Counted from the first letter of the whole stretch, positions 1 to 11,978 are shown. The stretch: DNA of 59,320 nt, filler included, from Sphacelaria rigidula (GCA_964200075.2; 9 parts of 9 records of this genome joined end to end with filler, not necessarily neighbours in it), one strand, 5' to 3'. Numbers and translations are program-made. Notes: generated from the letters alone by a model not told the origin.

Positions 1-1211
1 TTGCGATCTTTGCCCTTATTGTTCTTAATGCTCTATTCGTAATTACAGGCTTAATGTGGGGGGGGGGGGGTATTCTGGGCCGTTTTCCTCCACAAATATT
101 TACTTGCAATCGTCGTTGCTAGCAGCAACGGTAGTTCGAACGCGCTTGCTTTCGTTTTGTAACGCTCATTCATACTGTTGGACATCGCTTGTAACTAAAT
201 ACAAGCGCTCCGCGAGTGTGTTGGGTCGTGTGACGCACATATGAGCCCACTTTTTCGTGGAATCGAGCCCCTCCTCCCCCCTATCGTAGTATGAATCTTG
301 CACGCACGAGCCTTCTCGTGAATCGGAATCATTTTCAGTCTTTTCCAAGTAAAAATGATGTCGACCCTCAAGATGATCCGTCCAACACCCCGAGCAGCCC
401 CGAGAAACGTTTTCGCTGAAAACGTGTAACCCCTACCGGAGCATTGCTCCACAAACTAACTCATATCCCCGAGTTATCTCGCCACCACGGGCATTTTCCA
501 GAAGTTAGACGTGCCGTAGCTAAAGTGTAGAAAGCGGAAAACACATGCTGGCTGAAGAAAAGTGGAGAAAACAGAAAAAGAAATAACAGGCAGAGCGGAC
601 TGATTTTGCAAACGAAAAGAGAGGAAATAAACAAGAAAAAACGGTAAATAAGAAAGAATGTAAATTGGAAAAAAAAAACGCAAATGGAAAAAAAAAAGAC
701 GAAATTTCAAATACTGAAAACGATGAAAACTGAACATTTGAGTAAAAAAATGGCGAAGAAAAAAAGTGAAAATAGAAAACATGTCTTCATATATACATCT
801 AAATCTATATCGGGGAACAAGCGCAAAACCGCGGATGACGAGTATAACTGCATGAATTGCCTTGTTGTTCCTTTGTAAAAATATTTTTCGGGTATTGCGT
901 ACTACACTACTACAGCAGCACTACTGTTGGATTGTCTTAGTGCCTACGGTCTGCTGCGGCTCCGAACAGTTCCGTGGAGGGTAACAATGTTGTAAACCGC
1001 AGGATCGTAGGGGAAGAGGGAGGGGCTGGTCAAGTCACAGTACAGTTCGTACGAAAACATACCGCATGCGTGTGTACAAACGTCGAAATGTTATGCGCTG
1101 AACTATAATACTGAACAATTCAAGGGCAGGTGCGACAGGGTATACCGAATACTCGGTATTTTTTAGAAGTCATACTCTTACTACCCAAAAATTGGGCAGA
1201 GTTTTTGAGAT

Positions 1212-1622
1212 TGTGCAGATTATGTATTGGGCATGGACCTCATACGTAGATTCTCGGGCATATAGTCAACCAGCCTGGTCGGAGCCCGTGCGGTTCAGTA
1301 CAAAGTACAGCCAGGAACAGTCCGGGAACCAGCAATGTAGCCAGTGTTCAGTCGAGCGAGAACGGCTCCGCGGCTCTACATTTGTAAGTTCCAAAGCTGG
1401 GTTTTAGGGCTGAGAGTCAGAGAGAGAAGGTTCAGATAGAGCTGTACACAAGCGAGTGACATCTATATTGATAATGAAAAGCACAGCGATGCAGTCCCCC
1501 ACTCGGGTATGTTGTCTGCTCAACCCATCAAGATCTTCCGTGACAATTGCCTCGCTCCGCTGTAAAACGGTGTACTGCGAGGAAGCGCGCCACGGCCAGA
1601 CCAAACACCTCACAAGTGCACA
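1212..1622 (+). repeat. 5' LTR (411 bp)
   Basis: Starts TGTGCAGATTATG, ends AAGTGCACA; aligns by eye with 4333-4728. Confidence 0.92.
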
Positions 1623-2004
1623 GGTTTGTGAGCCTCGAGGAGTGTGGAGGCAAACCCACGCAAGTTGCCAGTCTGGACGGGCGCTCGTTGGCACTCGCGA
1701 GAAACATGGGACGCATGAAGACTTTCCGTCGTTGGATACGCGGGGGGGAAGGGACTATACCCCCTGCTGCGACCGGATTACACCACACCGGCCGTTCCGA
1801 CAGCGACCACAACACTCGATCAGCGTAGGGCGTACGAAACGCACCAACGCAATACACAGTCCTAGTGGGTCCTACTTGCACAGGCTATCAAAGGGCCAGC
1901 CCCAGCCATCGTCGCACGATGCGAGCACGGCAGTAACGATGAACGTGGTAGTCGAAGATTAGCGAGTAGTATCCATATGCACGTAGACCAATAGTGACAC
2001 AAAA

Positions 2005-2268
2005 GTGTCGATTCTCTGCGACTCAGGAGCGAATGTCCACATGACTCCCTGGAAACAGGATCTCGGGAATACACGTGCGGTCAATCGAAGCTGTACATTT
2101 GGGAACAAGGGACAACTGCAGGCACTGGCAAAGGGAGAGATGCCATTGCACGTGGGTGCTCGCGGAAAGGAGGCTCCGGCGAAGGTCACACTGAAGGACC
2201 TAGACTGGGTCCCTGGGCTACCTTGCCGTCTGCGGAGTACCGGAACGATTCGGCGTGACATAGGATAA
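2005..2268 (+). pseudogene. Copia aspartic protease fragment
   Basis: ILCDSGANVHMTP active-site motif, followed by FGNKGQLQALAKG and TLKDLDWVPGL; out of frame with the downstream integrase ORF. Confidence 0.85.
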
Positions 2269-2312
2269 CTCGTGAAACGGCAGGAAGGAAAGCTACCTTC
2301 GGCTCAGAAAGG

Positions 2313-4274
2313 ATGGACCGAAGATCTCCCCCAGCCGAGAATAGAGGGTTCCTGACCCTGTCGGCATCGCTGCAGGGGGATGGCAAACATGCGGCGTCGG
2401 CGCACGTTTCGTTCGCAAACAAGAAGCAGGGCTTCACATTGAAGGGGTGGCACGACACCTTAGGACACATCGATCCGGCTGCCATAAAACACCTCGAGAA
2501 ACGTGGGCTGATCGATGTGACTGATACCACGGTGGCGCCCGAGATGCGCTGCAGCGTCTGCAAGGAATGCAAGTCCGAGGCGCTCAGCTACGACCGCGGC
2601 GGCACGACTCCCAAAGCACCAGGGGAAGGCGTGCACACTGATCTTGAAGGCCCTTTCCACGCCGATGTCACGCGGATGATATACTTTCAGGTTTCCGTGA
2701 ACGAGGCCAGTCGAGACAAGCACGTTGTTGGGCTCAAGACACGAGATGCGGCCACGGACGCCACGGGGGCCTGCATCGACGAAATGGCCCGTGAGGGGGT
2801 GGTCAACAAATGCATCAGCGGAGACGGCGCTGGGGAACTTGGACGGTCAGTCAAATTTCAACGCATGCTGACCAATCGCGGCATCAAATGGCGCTGCTCA
2901 CCGCCAAGGACACCGCAAAGTAATGGAATTGCTGAACGTGCCATTCAACAACTGATGCGGATAGCACACAGCCAATTGGTGAAAGCGGGACGCGGAGAGG
3001 ACTTTTGGTTCTTCGCTGTGGCGGACGCGGCATTCAAGACCGCAGGGATGCCCCACGAGTACCTCGGGGGCAAGAACCCATGTGAGAGGCTGACAGGAAA
3101 GTCTTGCAACTACGACCGGCTTCGTACTCGGGGATCCGAGTGTTTCGTGCATCAGCACAAGCAGCAACGCGGCGCTGCTGCAAACCTCCACCCACCATAT
3201 GCGAAGCGGGGCATCTTGGTGGGGCACGATCGGCACTCTCTCTGCTGGTATGTATGGCTGATACAGGAATCAAAGCTCGTGAAGTATTCACACATCACGT
3301 TTGAGTCAGAGGTCAAGATCCTAGACATAGTGGGAGAGCTGGAGGCGGTCAAACCCAGTGATGACGAGGGCAAACCATCGGAAGAAGAGGAAGCAGTACC
3401 GATCGACGGCGATGACGGCCCGGGTGGACAACCACCACAGGACTCGACATCATCGAAACGCTCTCCTACAGACAGTGGACTGCGCAGGTCCAGTCGCCGG
3501 GCGCAACGGCGTCGGGGGGAAAGCACACAGCAACGCTTTGCGAGTTCTGGCGACAGCAGTTCTGATGACGGAAATTGCCTCGCCACTCTCCTACAAGATC
3601 ACGACAAAGGCGCATTCTGCATGCTCGGGGGCGGAATCGTCACTGCACCACAGGAAGCGTCGACAGCGAAAAAAGTCCTGACAGAATCTAATGCTGACAG
3701 ATGGCAAGTGGTCATGGAAGAGAAAATTCAACGGAAGGGCAACGAGCCTCGCAGCCGAGAGGCCGGTGAACCGCTGGGATCACGGGGGCCACCAGCGGCG
3801 CGTGTAACTCATGCGACTCCAAGCGCAAACGAGCGCTCCGACGGCCCAAGACCAACGTATCACACACAAGAAACGAGCAGCAGGTCGGACTGGAGGATCA
3901 AGCCTCATCAAACGGAGATGGTCGTGAACAAGGCCGAGTCGCCGAACCACCGAAGACGCTGGGCGATAACGAAGGAGCGAAGCTCGAGAAAATATTCGTG
4001 CCGAGCGCGGACGGCTCTGGCCTTGACCAAGAAGCGAAGGAAGAGCCCGCAGCGAAGGAAACGGCAAAGGCAGTGGATGTACCACCCGAGAGTGCGAGAT
4101 GAATGTCGAGCAAGGACAACCTCGCATACAGCCAACAAACGTTCAAGTTGCCGATCTCGACGCAGGATGTCAAAACGGAAAAGGCGCCGGAAGTCGAGAC
4201 GAGTCCGGAGGGTCCAGGTCCATCACGTGGCTTCTATGGCATTCAATGGAAAGGTTCGTTTGCTTCGTATCTAG
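2313..4274 (+). pseudogene. Copia integrase-containing pol remnant
   Basis: WHDTLGH...CSVC zinc-binding motif; DDE core VHTDLEGP / ISGDGAGE / PQSNGIAERA; KRGILVGH. Similarity ends near WQVVMEE (~3700), with no YVDD. Confidence 0.9.
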
Positions 4275-4332
4275 CACGTCGTGTGTGATCGTATCAGCTC
4301 TCTGATGTTGCCGCTATACGATCATGAGGGAG

Positions 4333-4728
4333 TGTGCAGGTTATGTATCGGACATGGATCTCATACGTAGATTCTCGGGCATATAGTCAACCAGCCTGGT
4401 CGGAGCCAGTGCGCTTCAGTACAAAGTACCGACAGGAACAGTCCGGGAACCAGTAATGTAGCCAGTGTTCAGTCGAGCGAGAACGGCTCCGCGGCTCTAC
4501 AGGTGGGGTTCAGGGCTGAGATTCAGAGAGCGAAGGTTTAGATAGAGCTGTACACCAGTGGGTGACGTCCGAATGAATAATGAAAAGCACGGCGATGCAG
4601 CGCCCCACTCGGGTACGTCGTCTGCTCAACCCATCAAGATCTCTCGTAACAATTGTCTTGCTCTGCTACAAAACGGTGCATTGCGAGGAAGCGCTCCACG
4701 GCCAGACCAAACAGCTCACAAGGGCACA
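4333..4728 (+). repeat. 3' LTR (396 bp)
   Basis: Starts TGTGCAGGTTATG just after the purine tract, ends AGGGCACA; short deletion and many substitutions relative to the 5' LTR. Confidence 0.92.
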
Positions 4729-6020
4729 AGATCGTACCCAGTCTACCAAAACTTTGGTTGGAGTATTTGAGGTCATCCTCACTCTACCCAACATTTGGAT
4801 AGAGTATTGAGGTTATACCCAAGTGATGCTCCATACCCAGGTATTGCGAAGAGTACTTACTCAATATTGGGTAGAGCATTTGAGGTCGTACTCAATAACC
4901 ATGATTTGGGTAGAGTATTTGAGGTCGTACCCAATATGCCCAAAATTTGGGTAGAGTGTTGGAGATCATACCCAAGTGATACTCTACATCCAGGTATCGC
5001 CAAGAGTGCTTGCCCCATATTTAGTATAGATTATCTGAGGTCATACCCAATCTATATAAACGTTGGGTAGGGTATCCGAGGTAGGACCCAATATTCCAAA
5101 ACCTTGGTTATAGCTTCAGTATTCAAGTTCATACCCAAGACACCCAAATCGCCTCTACAACACGGACCGCCGGGACCTGTTTGGGGTCATACTTATCATT
5201 CCTGACCCCGTCGCGCCTTTTTCTGTTGTTTTCCCTCGCGACTGTTGCGGTGTTCCCAGATCTTCCACCGTTTCCACCGCTGGGTCTCTCACAGAGGAGT
5301 CAGATGTGCGGCCCGTAGAGTCGCTCATTTTTACAATACCTACCCGACTACCCGTCTGCTCGTTCACCCAATGATGATGAGTAGCGCTTTGTAAAGAAAA
5401 GCTGATATCGAAGAGGATGCGATGCATGAAGCATGGGTATGGGTATGGGTATGTACTGTCGGGGGTGGGGGAGGGAGGTTCGTGCACCCATACGTTCTTT
5501 TTTTTTTTTTCATGGCCACCGTTCGCTCATACTCGTTGTAGCCTGTGACGTCACGTCACTCATCCCATTGATGGCCACCGCTCGCCCATATATTCGACAT
5601 AAGTGACGCCACGCAGTTGCAAACGGTCAAGGTCACTCATCATACCCAAGTGATACTCTTTACCTGAGCATTACCAAGATGGCTTACCCAATATTAGGTA
5701 CAGTATGTGAGTTCATACCCAAGTGATGCTTTATACTCGAGTATTCCTGAAAGTGCTCACCTAATATTGGGCAGAGTATTTGAGATCGTACTCAATCTAC
5801 CCCAAATTGGGGCCGAGTATTGAAATCAAACCCAAGTGATACTCTATACCCAGGTATTGCCGAGAGTGCTTACCCAATATGGGTAGAGTATTTGATGTCG
5901 GACTCAATCTACCCGAAATTTGGTTAGAGTATTTGAGACCGTACCCAAGCTACCCAACGTTAGGCAGAGTAAATACCCGGGTGTTTTACATGAGTATTCA
6001 AAAGTACATACCCTACCCCA
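4729..6020. repeat. Degenerate tandem-unit repeat family that hosts the Copia insertion (left part ~1135-1211)
   Basis: Many variants of TTGGGTAGAGTATTTGAGGTCATACCCAA at 4730-5150 and 5640-6020; related pieces at ~43445-43565 and ~48315-48345. Confidence 0.75.
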
Positions 6021-6503
6021 CCTGCCCTTGGAATAATTCATCTACGTCCCTGCCCCCCTAGAACCAATTTCTTTGTGCAAGAGTATTGTATGAAATAAAC
6101 AAGAACCGTAACGAACGGCCAAATGTTGGAGGTACCTCCATTAGGATGCGTTTTCAATCGTATAATGACTATCATAAAGCAAGCAACGAATGAGTACGCC
6201 TCCCCCTCCCCCCCTCAATGGTCAGATGACTATGGCACGCAAGGTCATGAGTACCCCCCCCCCCCGTCAAGCCCACCTCAGTGGTCAAATGACTAAAGCA
6301 AGCAACAAATGAGTACGCCCCCCCTTAAATATACCTCAATGGTCAAGTGACAAAAGACAAGCAACAAATATGTACACCTCCCCCCCCCAACTGTGGTCTA
6401 TGCTTAGACACCCCTGAGGCAGTGTCTAAGCCGTGGCTGTCTCTGGAAGTGGCGATATCATAATATAAAGCGACTCATTGTAGGCTGTCATCCAAATGCA
6501 AGA

Positions 6504-6603
6504 NNNNNNNNNNNNNNNNNNNNNNNNNNNNNNNNNNNNNNNNNNNNTTAATTAATTAANNNNNNNNNNNNNNNNNNNNNNNNNNNNNNNNNNNNNNNNN
6601 NNN
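6504..6603. other. Artificial contig spacer (also 13107-13206, 19709-19808, 26311-26410, 32913-33012, 39515-39614, 46117-46216, 52719-52818)
   Basis: 44 N + TTAATTAATTAA + 44 N, repeated every 6602-6603 bp. Confidence 0.99.
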
Positions 6604-6865
6604 CGAAGTTGAAGTGTTTTAGGGGTTTTGCTTGGTTTTTCAGAGCACAAGGGGGGGGGGGGGGGGGGGGGGGCAGTGGATAAAATGGTGCAAATATAAA
6701 GTCGTTTTCCTCGAGAACGAAAACGAATCAAACAAGAATATCGAACATTATATATTTGAATAACACCTCTCTACAGCACAGGGTGACGGGGGGCGGGGCA
6801 GCAGACATGTAACAACAGCAGTGCCTAACGCAGGACTAAGGCTCTCCACCATTAGTAAAAGCATG

Positions 6866-7230
6866 TGTGTGTGTGTTGTCGTCCCATTTATTCTAGGCGC
6901 CAGTCAACACCTTTCAGTATATGTGGGCGCATTAGCCGGGGTCACACACACAGGAATAAGATCAGCACAGGAGCTTTCTTCTTTTTCATTTGTTTTTAGT
7001 ACCCCACCTTCCTTCTGCGGTGCTTGCCTTTATTTTTTATCGCGAGAGGGGTTCAGCAGTACCTTTCCCTCGTCGACAGTTGAGTCGAATTTCGTGTACC
7101 CACGACATGGTCACTCTTCACCGTTGGGCATGGTGTGAGAAAAGATCCCAGATCGCTTCGGGAATTGAACCCCACTACTTTACAGTCAGAAGGTTACGAG
7201 GGTACCATCTGAGCCACCGGGGCGACCGGA
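6866..7230 (-). mobile_element. tRNA-derived SINE, full-length copy
   Basis: On the minus strand: A box TGGCTCAGATGG, B box GGTTCAATTCC, conserved body, AATAAA, then a (CA)n tail. AAGCATG on both flanks (6859-6865, 7234-7240). Confidence 0.85.
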
Positions 7231-7957
7231 TTCAAGCATGGAGTGCCTTTATTGAGAGCACAGATGCTTCCTCCTGACCCTTTGACCGCGAAGGTATATT
7301 ACCTGCTGAATCGGCATCAATTTCACTTGCAAAAATGTGCGTGATCCAGATGGACTACCCGCATCGCGTCCTAACGGTAAGTCACCACTTCTGTTCGGGT
7401 TCGCATGATCCACAATAGAATTTCAAAACCGTATCGGCGAATTGCTTATCCAGAACAATAATTTGTATACTTCGAAGTATAAGTAATCCGGCACTAGGAA
7501 AAGTTTTGTCGATGGAAGTACGTGGCTTTTCAGCGATTTGATCCGTAAGTTATGCTACGTGAAACGTACGGATGAGCTACTGAGAGGATAGAAATGCTCC
7601 GGAAAAACCGTTGTTCATCGTTCCAACCCCGCAGCTGTGATCTACAAGGAGCGAGTATCCGCACATCGGAAAACTCACGGATTATTGCGGAGCGGATATC
7701 CACATGTCATCATGTCATGCAGCAACGCGGATTTTTGTGGTGTGTTTCGGAGGGGAGGGGAGGGGAGCAGAGCGGATATCCGCTTGTGGGGAAAGTCACG
7801 GATTGTCACGGAGCGGACATCCGTCGCCTACAGGGGTCACGGAGCCGCACCGCAATAATCCGCTCTGCGGATTTATTCTCAATGCGTACACATCCCTGGC
7901 GAAAAGCAACCCTGTCGCAGCTTACATAGACCAAAGGTCTTGCAAGACTGGGAGTCT

Positions 7958-8591
7958 GTGTGTAGTGTGTGCTGTCATCCCATTTATTCTGGACGCCAGT
8001 CTGTATCTTCCGGTATTCGTGGGCGCATCAACCGGGGTCGCACAGGAGGAAGGCCAACACGGGCGTTTTTGGAGTTTTTATTTTGTATTTCTAGTACTCC
8101 ACCTTCCTTCTGCGGTTCTCGCCTCATTTTTTGCCGCGAGAGGGGTACAGCAGTCTCTTTCCCTCGTCGACCGCTAACTCGAATTTTGTCTACCCACGAC
8201 ACAGTCGCTCTCCACTGTTGTGCATGGTGTGAGAAAAATCCAAGATCGTGTGACTTCGCCGAGATTCGAACACACGACCCGACCATCAGACGGTTTCACG
8301 GTTCGGACGAATCATCGCCGGTTCGAATCACCGAATCCATGTTTTTTGAGGCCTCATCGATGGGGGAGGAAAAAGCTAATCGTTGGTCAAAAAGGTCTTC
8401 ACGCTATTTTTGCACCATTCCATGTGCCTGGGCTGTGCGTACCTGGAATACAACGCTGAAACCAACGCCGAAGGATTGATTTGCATGGTACGAATCAATT
8501 ACACTAAAATCAAGTAATCCCCAGACGAATCATCAATTCGTCTGACCCTTGGAAGATTTCGAGGTTACCAACTGAGCCACCGGGGCGACCG
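7958..8591 (-). mobile_element. SINE copy interrupted by a MITE
   Basis: Same tail, body and head as 6866-7230; the head is split between the B box (~8262) and the A box (~8575) by the 8297-8551 insertion. Confidence 0.82.
8297..8551. mobile_element. hAT-like MITE
   Basis: Imperfect TIRs CACGGTTCGGACGAAT / ATTCGTCTGACCCTTG; 8-bp flanks GACGGTTT / GAAGATTT; the same terminus recurs at ~17130-17145. Confidence 0.7.
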
Positions 8592-8724
8592 ATAGAGTTG
8601 GCACAGAAATAGCGATCAGTCGTGCTACTCGAACGCGCACAAGGAAATAGCATCATGCCCAGCTTCCAGACGCGGGGCCTCCCCTTGCTGGGTAAGGGTT
8701 AGAGTTGGGGAACCTGCGGTGATG

Positions 8725-8862
8725 AGTGTTGTGTTGTCTTCCCATCTATTCTGGACGCCGGTCTGCACCTTTCGGTTTATGTGGGCGCGCCAGCCGGGGT
8801 CACACAAAAGGAAGGTCAACACAGGAGTTTTTTCGTTTTTGTTTGTTTTTAGTACTCCACCG
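8725..8862 (-). mobile_element. SINE 3' fragment
   Basis: Matches the tail-proximal ~140 bp of the SINE family. Confidence 0.75.
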
Positions 8863-8869
8863 CAGGCAC

Positions 8870-9265
8870 CGTAGGTAAGGTAGGCTTCCGGTACCGGTAT
8901 TTGGGACATCTCATACCCTACCGATACCGGTCGAATCGGGTATTTTCAAATGTCATACTCATGACACCCACGATACCACGGTATTTCGAGATTCAAATGC
9001 CTACCGCACCCGCTCGATCGGGTTTTTTCAAAACTCATACCGACTATACTCACGATACCACGGTATTTCGATATTTCAATACCGACCATACCCGCCCAGT
9101 CGGGTATTTTGATAGGTCGTACCTACGACACCACGGTATTTCGAGATACCAATAGCTACCCTACCCGCTCAAGCAGGTATTTTCAAAACTCATACCTACG
9201 ATACCTACGCATACCACGGTATGGGATACCCCGGTAAATACCTGGGGTATACCAGGTAATACCGG
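8870..9265. repeat. Degenerate tandem array (ATACC..CGATACCACGGTATTTCGA units)
   Basis: Repeated GATACCACGGTAT and GGTATTTTCAAA modules. Confidence 0.7.
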
Positions 9266-9399
9266 ACGCGATGCACTCCCCACTGCTCAGCAGCTGGTCC
9301 CAACTTGTTATGCAAAGGTCAGAAGTTGTCGGACCAGGTACGTCTTGTTTTCACAAGTGATATATACCCAGATTCCCCCTGATTTGCGTATTTGGATCA

Positions 9400-10190
9400 A
9401 TGTGAATAACCTCATTATGTAGTCTGGAGTGCGGTCGATTTTTGTTCTTAGAAGGCTTCAACTCCAATTCGTAATTAGTGGCGGGCAGAGAGAAATAACG
9501 AAACAAATAACCTAAGCTTTTTCGATCGAAGCAAACATACGGTCGAGAGGCACGAAGCGGCACTTGACTCGTGTCTTATCGACCACCGCGCCAGATAACA
9601 GCCACTCACGGAACCATGCTAACTCCATCCAACACATTCTCAAGCTACCATCCCAACCCTGCAGCATCGAGTACAAGTTGAGCACACAGGGATAGATACC
9701 CTACAGTAGGTGGGTATGCTTTGTTTATTTTTTGTTGGCGATAACTTGCGCATCTTTTTCCATGGTAGGATAAGTGACGGAACTGAGTGGTACGGTGGGC
9801 AACCGAGCTGGGTACACGCTCATGAACAGTGCAGGCAGTACAAAGCTGCCCATTGTTGGAGTCCTTTTCACGTCCAATGGTAAGCAGAGATGACCGATAC
9901 GTAGTCCTGGGCTATCTGCGTTGCACGTTGCTCGCTTCTCTTCAAAATCTCACTGTATACGAAACACGCACACAAACACTCGAGACACACTGCTTCGAAG
10001 CAGTGCAGACAACAGTACAGACTTGTCTGTACCGTACACGTGACCATGTACCGTTTCACGAATTTCACCCTATTTTTTCGATCAAAAGCTTGAAAACTCG
10101 ATTCACACTCGACAAAAATGTGCGATTTTCGTCCAAATCAATTTCACAGCCACTTTTTTTCGATACATTTTTTTCGCCAAGACACGCCCT
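9400..10190 (+). mobile_element. PIF/Harbinger-like non-autonomous element (copy 1; left boundary approximate)
   Basis: Ends CCAAGACACGCCC; body similar to 56310-57100 and to the reverse complement of 53815-54817. Confidence 0.6.
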
Positions 10191-10285
10191 GAAACGCTTC
10201 TCTGCGCACTGCCGGATGACAATTTTGAATTCGATATAGCGGGTAAGGAAGGTACCTGGTACTGGTATTTGGGACATCTCGTACC

Positions 10286-10445
10286 CTTTCCCTCGCCGAC
10301 TGTTCAGCCGAATTTTGTGCACCCAGGACACGTGGTCGCTTTCCACTGTTGGGGATGGTGTGAGGAAAAATCCCAGATCGCTTCGAGATTTGAACCTACG
10401 GTCCAACCGTCAGAACGTTACCACCTGAGCCACCAGGACGACCAG
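10286..10445 (-). mobile_element. SINE 5' fragment
   Basis: tRNA-like head plus the first part of the body. Confidence 0.75.
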
Positions 10446-10589
10446 CTAACTGTTGTGGTGAGCGCGCTTCGAGTTTCTCCGCGCTGGAATGTACTAATCA
10501 CAAATGTAAAATACTGTGCTATGTCCAAAGTGAGATGGATACTCAGCCGTTGCCTGTTTTTACACCAATCATCATCGTACGGTACGCAC

Positions 10590-11101
10590 CTGATGGAGCT
10601 CAAACACAAAGACCCGGCTGGCAGGATCTGAGAAGGCAAGATAGATCCCATCTCGCGCTGCAGCCAACCCTGCAGCTACCTCTTCGTCGTCCACCGTTCC
10701 TCCTTGTCCGGCTAGATTTGAATCCGATTTTCTGCGCAATGCATCAGAGAAGTCTGCCGCCGGGGCCGCGGCGAGGCCGGGAGTGCTGCGGGCGCTCGGT
10801 ATGGAGGGAGAGGCGACCGTTGGTTCGGCTATGGAGGGATGATCATCCCATGGATCTGGAGGATCATCGACGAGTCGTTGTCTGAGGATTCGGAAGTTGA
10901 GGCATTCGCTGTGCCATTGGCGTAGGTCGGTATGGGTGTCCTGCGTTTCATGGAACCGAAGTGTCTCGAGTTTGAGGTCGTGCTTTTTATCGTGGGGAAT
11001 TGAGGGCATACGGTAGTCAACAATATTCATCTCAAACAAGGAGCCCAGGGGAGAAAGTGAGCTTACATATCATCCAACGGTCGGACGGTAAAGGAACATG
11101 T
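10590..11101 (-). pseudogene. Exon-like coding remnant of an unidentified gene
   Basis: Long GC-rich frame ending at a CAG|GTGCGT donor; upstream GACAG acceptor candidate near 11102, but with an in-frame TGA. A second exon-like block at ~11377-11644 has stops in all frames. Confidence 0.35.
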
Positions 11102-11978
11102 CTGTCCGAGAACAGAATCACAGCAGACAGCAAGAACCAGAAGTGCGGTACAGTACAGTAGTGCAGGTGCTGTGCTCCCTGTATTTCAGTGCAGGGTATT
11201 ACAGTACAGAAAACAGTGCTGTAGTCGTTTGTTCCAACAGTAGTACAGTACAGAACGGACAATGTGTATCACGTTTTGTTCCAAGGCATCAGCATTTTCT
11301 ATCCTCTTTCGGCATATACCTGCCTGCAAAGCACCTGAGCACACACAATGAGGACAGAACAACACATCATTGGATACCTCAGAGAAGCGACCCATTGCCA
11401 CCGTCGCCGAGCCTACCCAGCTGGTCCAGCGCACAGAGAAAAATACCACAGACCATTATCAAGGAACGGCGCTGACCTGCCACCGCTCTGGAATATGACT
11501 ACCGAAGACAGGCGTCCCCTCTCCCCTGATGTGACTGCGGAAGTCATCCCCCGTGGCCTAGAACTCCCATCCTCACAATCCTGCTGGAAACAGCTACACT
11601 CACAGACTTATCATCACGGCGAGCAGGACGGGTCCCGAACTCGCCTGTCAAAACATACTTATATATAAGCGTATTGCTTGGTGAGCCTTTTTGTCGTGCA
11701 GGGTTTGATTCTTCAGCGTTTCGTGTCTTTCTCTTCGTAGGTGGGGTATTGTTTGTGTACAGAAAAGAAAAACAGGCGTCATCGTTCCGATTCTTCTTCA
11801 TACGGATAGCCCCTGCCCGGCCGCCCCGACCCCCCAGCCTTCTTGAAGCCCCCCCGAGGGTGGAGAATTACCCACAGGGATCAAGTGTCACACTGCATGG
11901 TGCATCGCACCCTACGGCAACTTGATGTTCGGACTACGCTGCTCCTCTCCAGCATCCGCCAAAGCGGGAACAACGACA

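Larger units (their letters stand above)
1212..4728 (+). mobile_element. Ty1/Copia LTR retrotransposon, internally deleted (protease + integrase present, no recognisable RT/RNase H)
   Basis: Two similar ~0.4-kb direct repeats (TGTGCA start, GCACA end). AGAT flanks both sides (1208-1211, 4729-4732). PBS-like GGTTTGTGAGCC at 1623 and purine tract GAGGGAG at 4326-4332. Internal Copia-type PR and INT motifs. Confidence 0.93.

Noticed and set aside
6548..6559. TTAATTAATTAA recurring at fixed ~6.6-kb spacing
   Set aside because: Artificial six-frame-stop linker inside N gaps.
7704..8479. Overlapping 157/179-aa ORFs similar to ORFs at 6821, 10269 and 22423
   Set aside because: Antisense readings of SINE copies, not a protein family.
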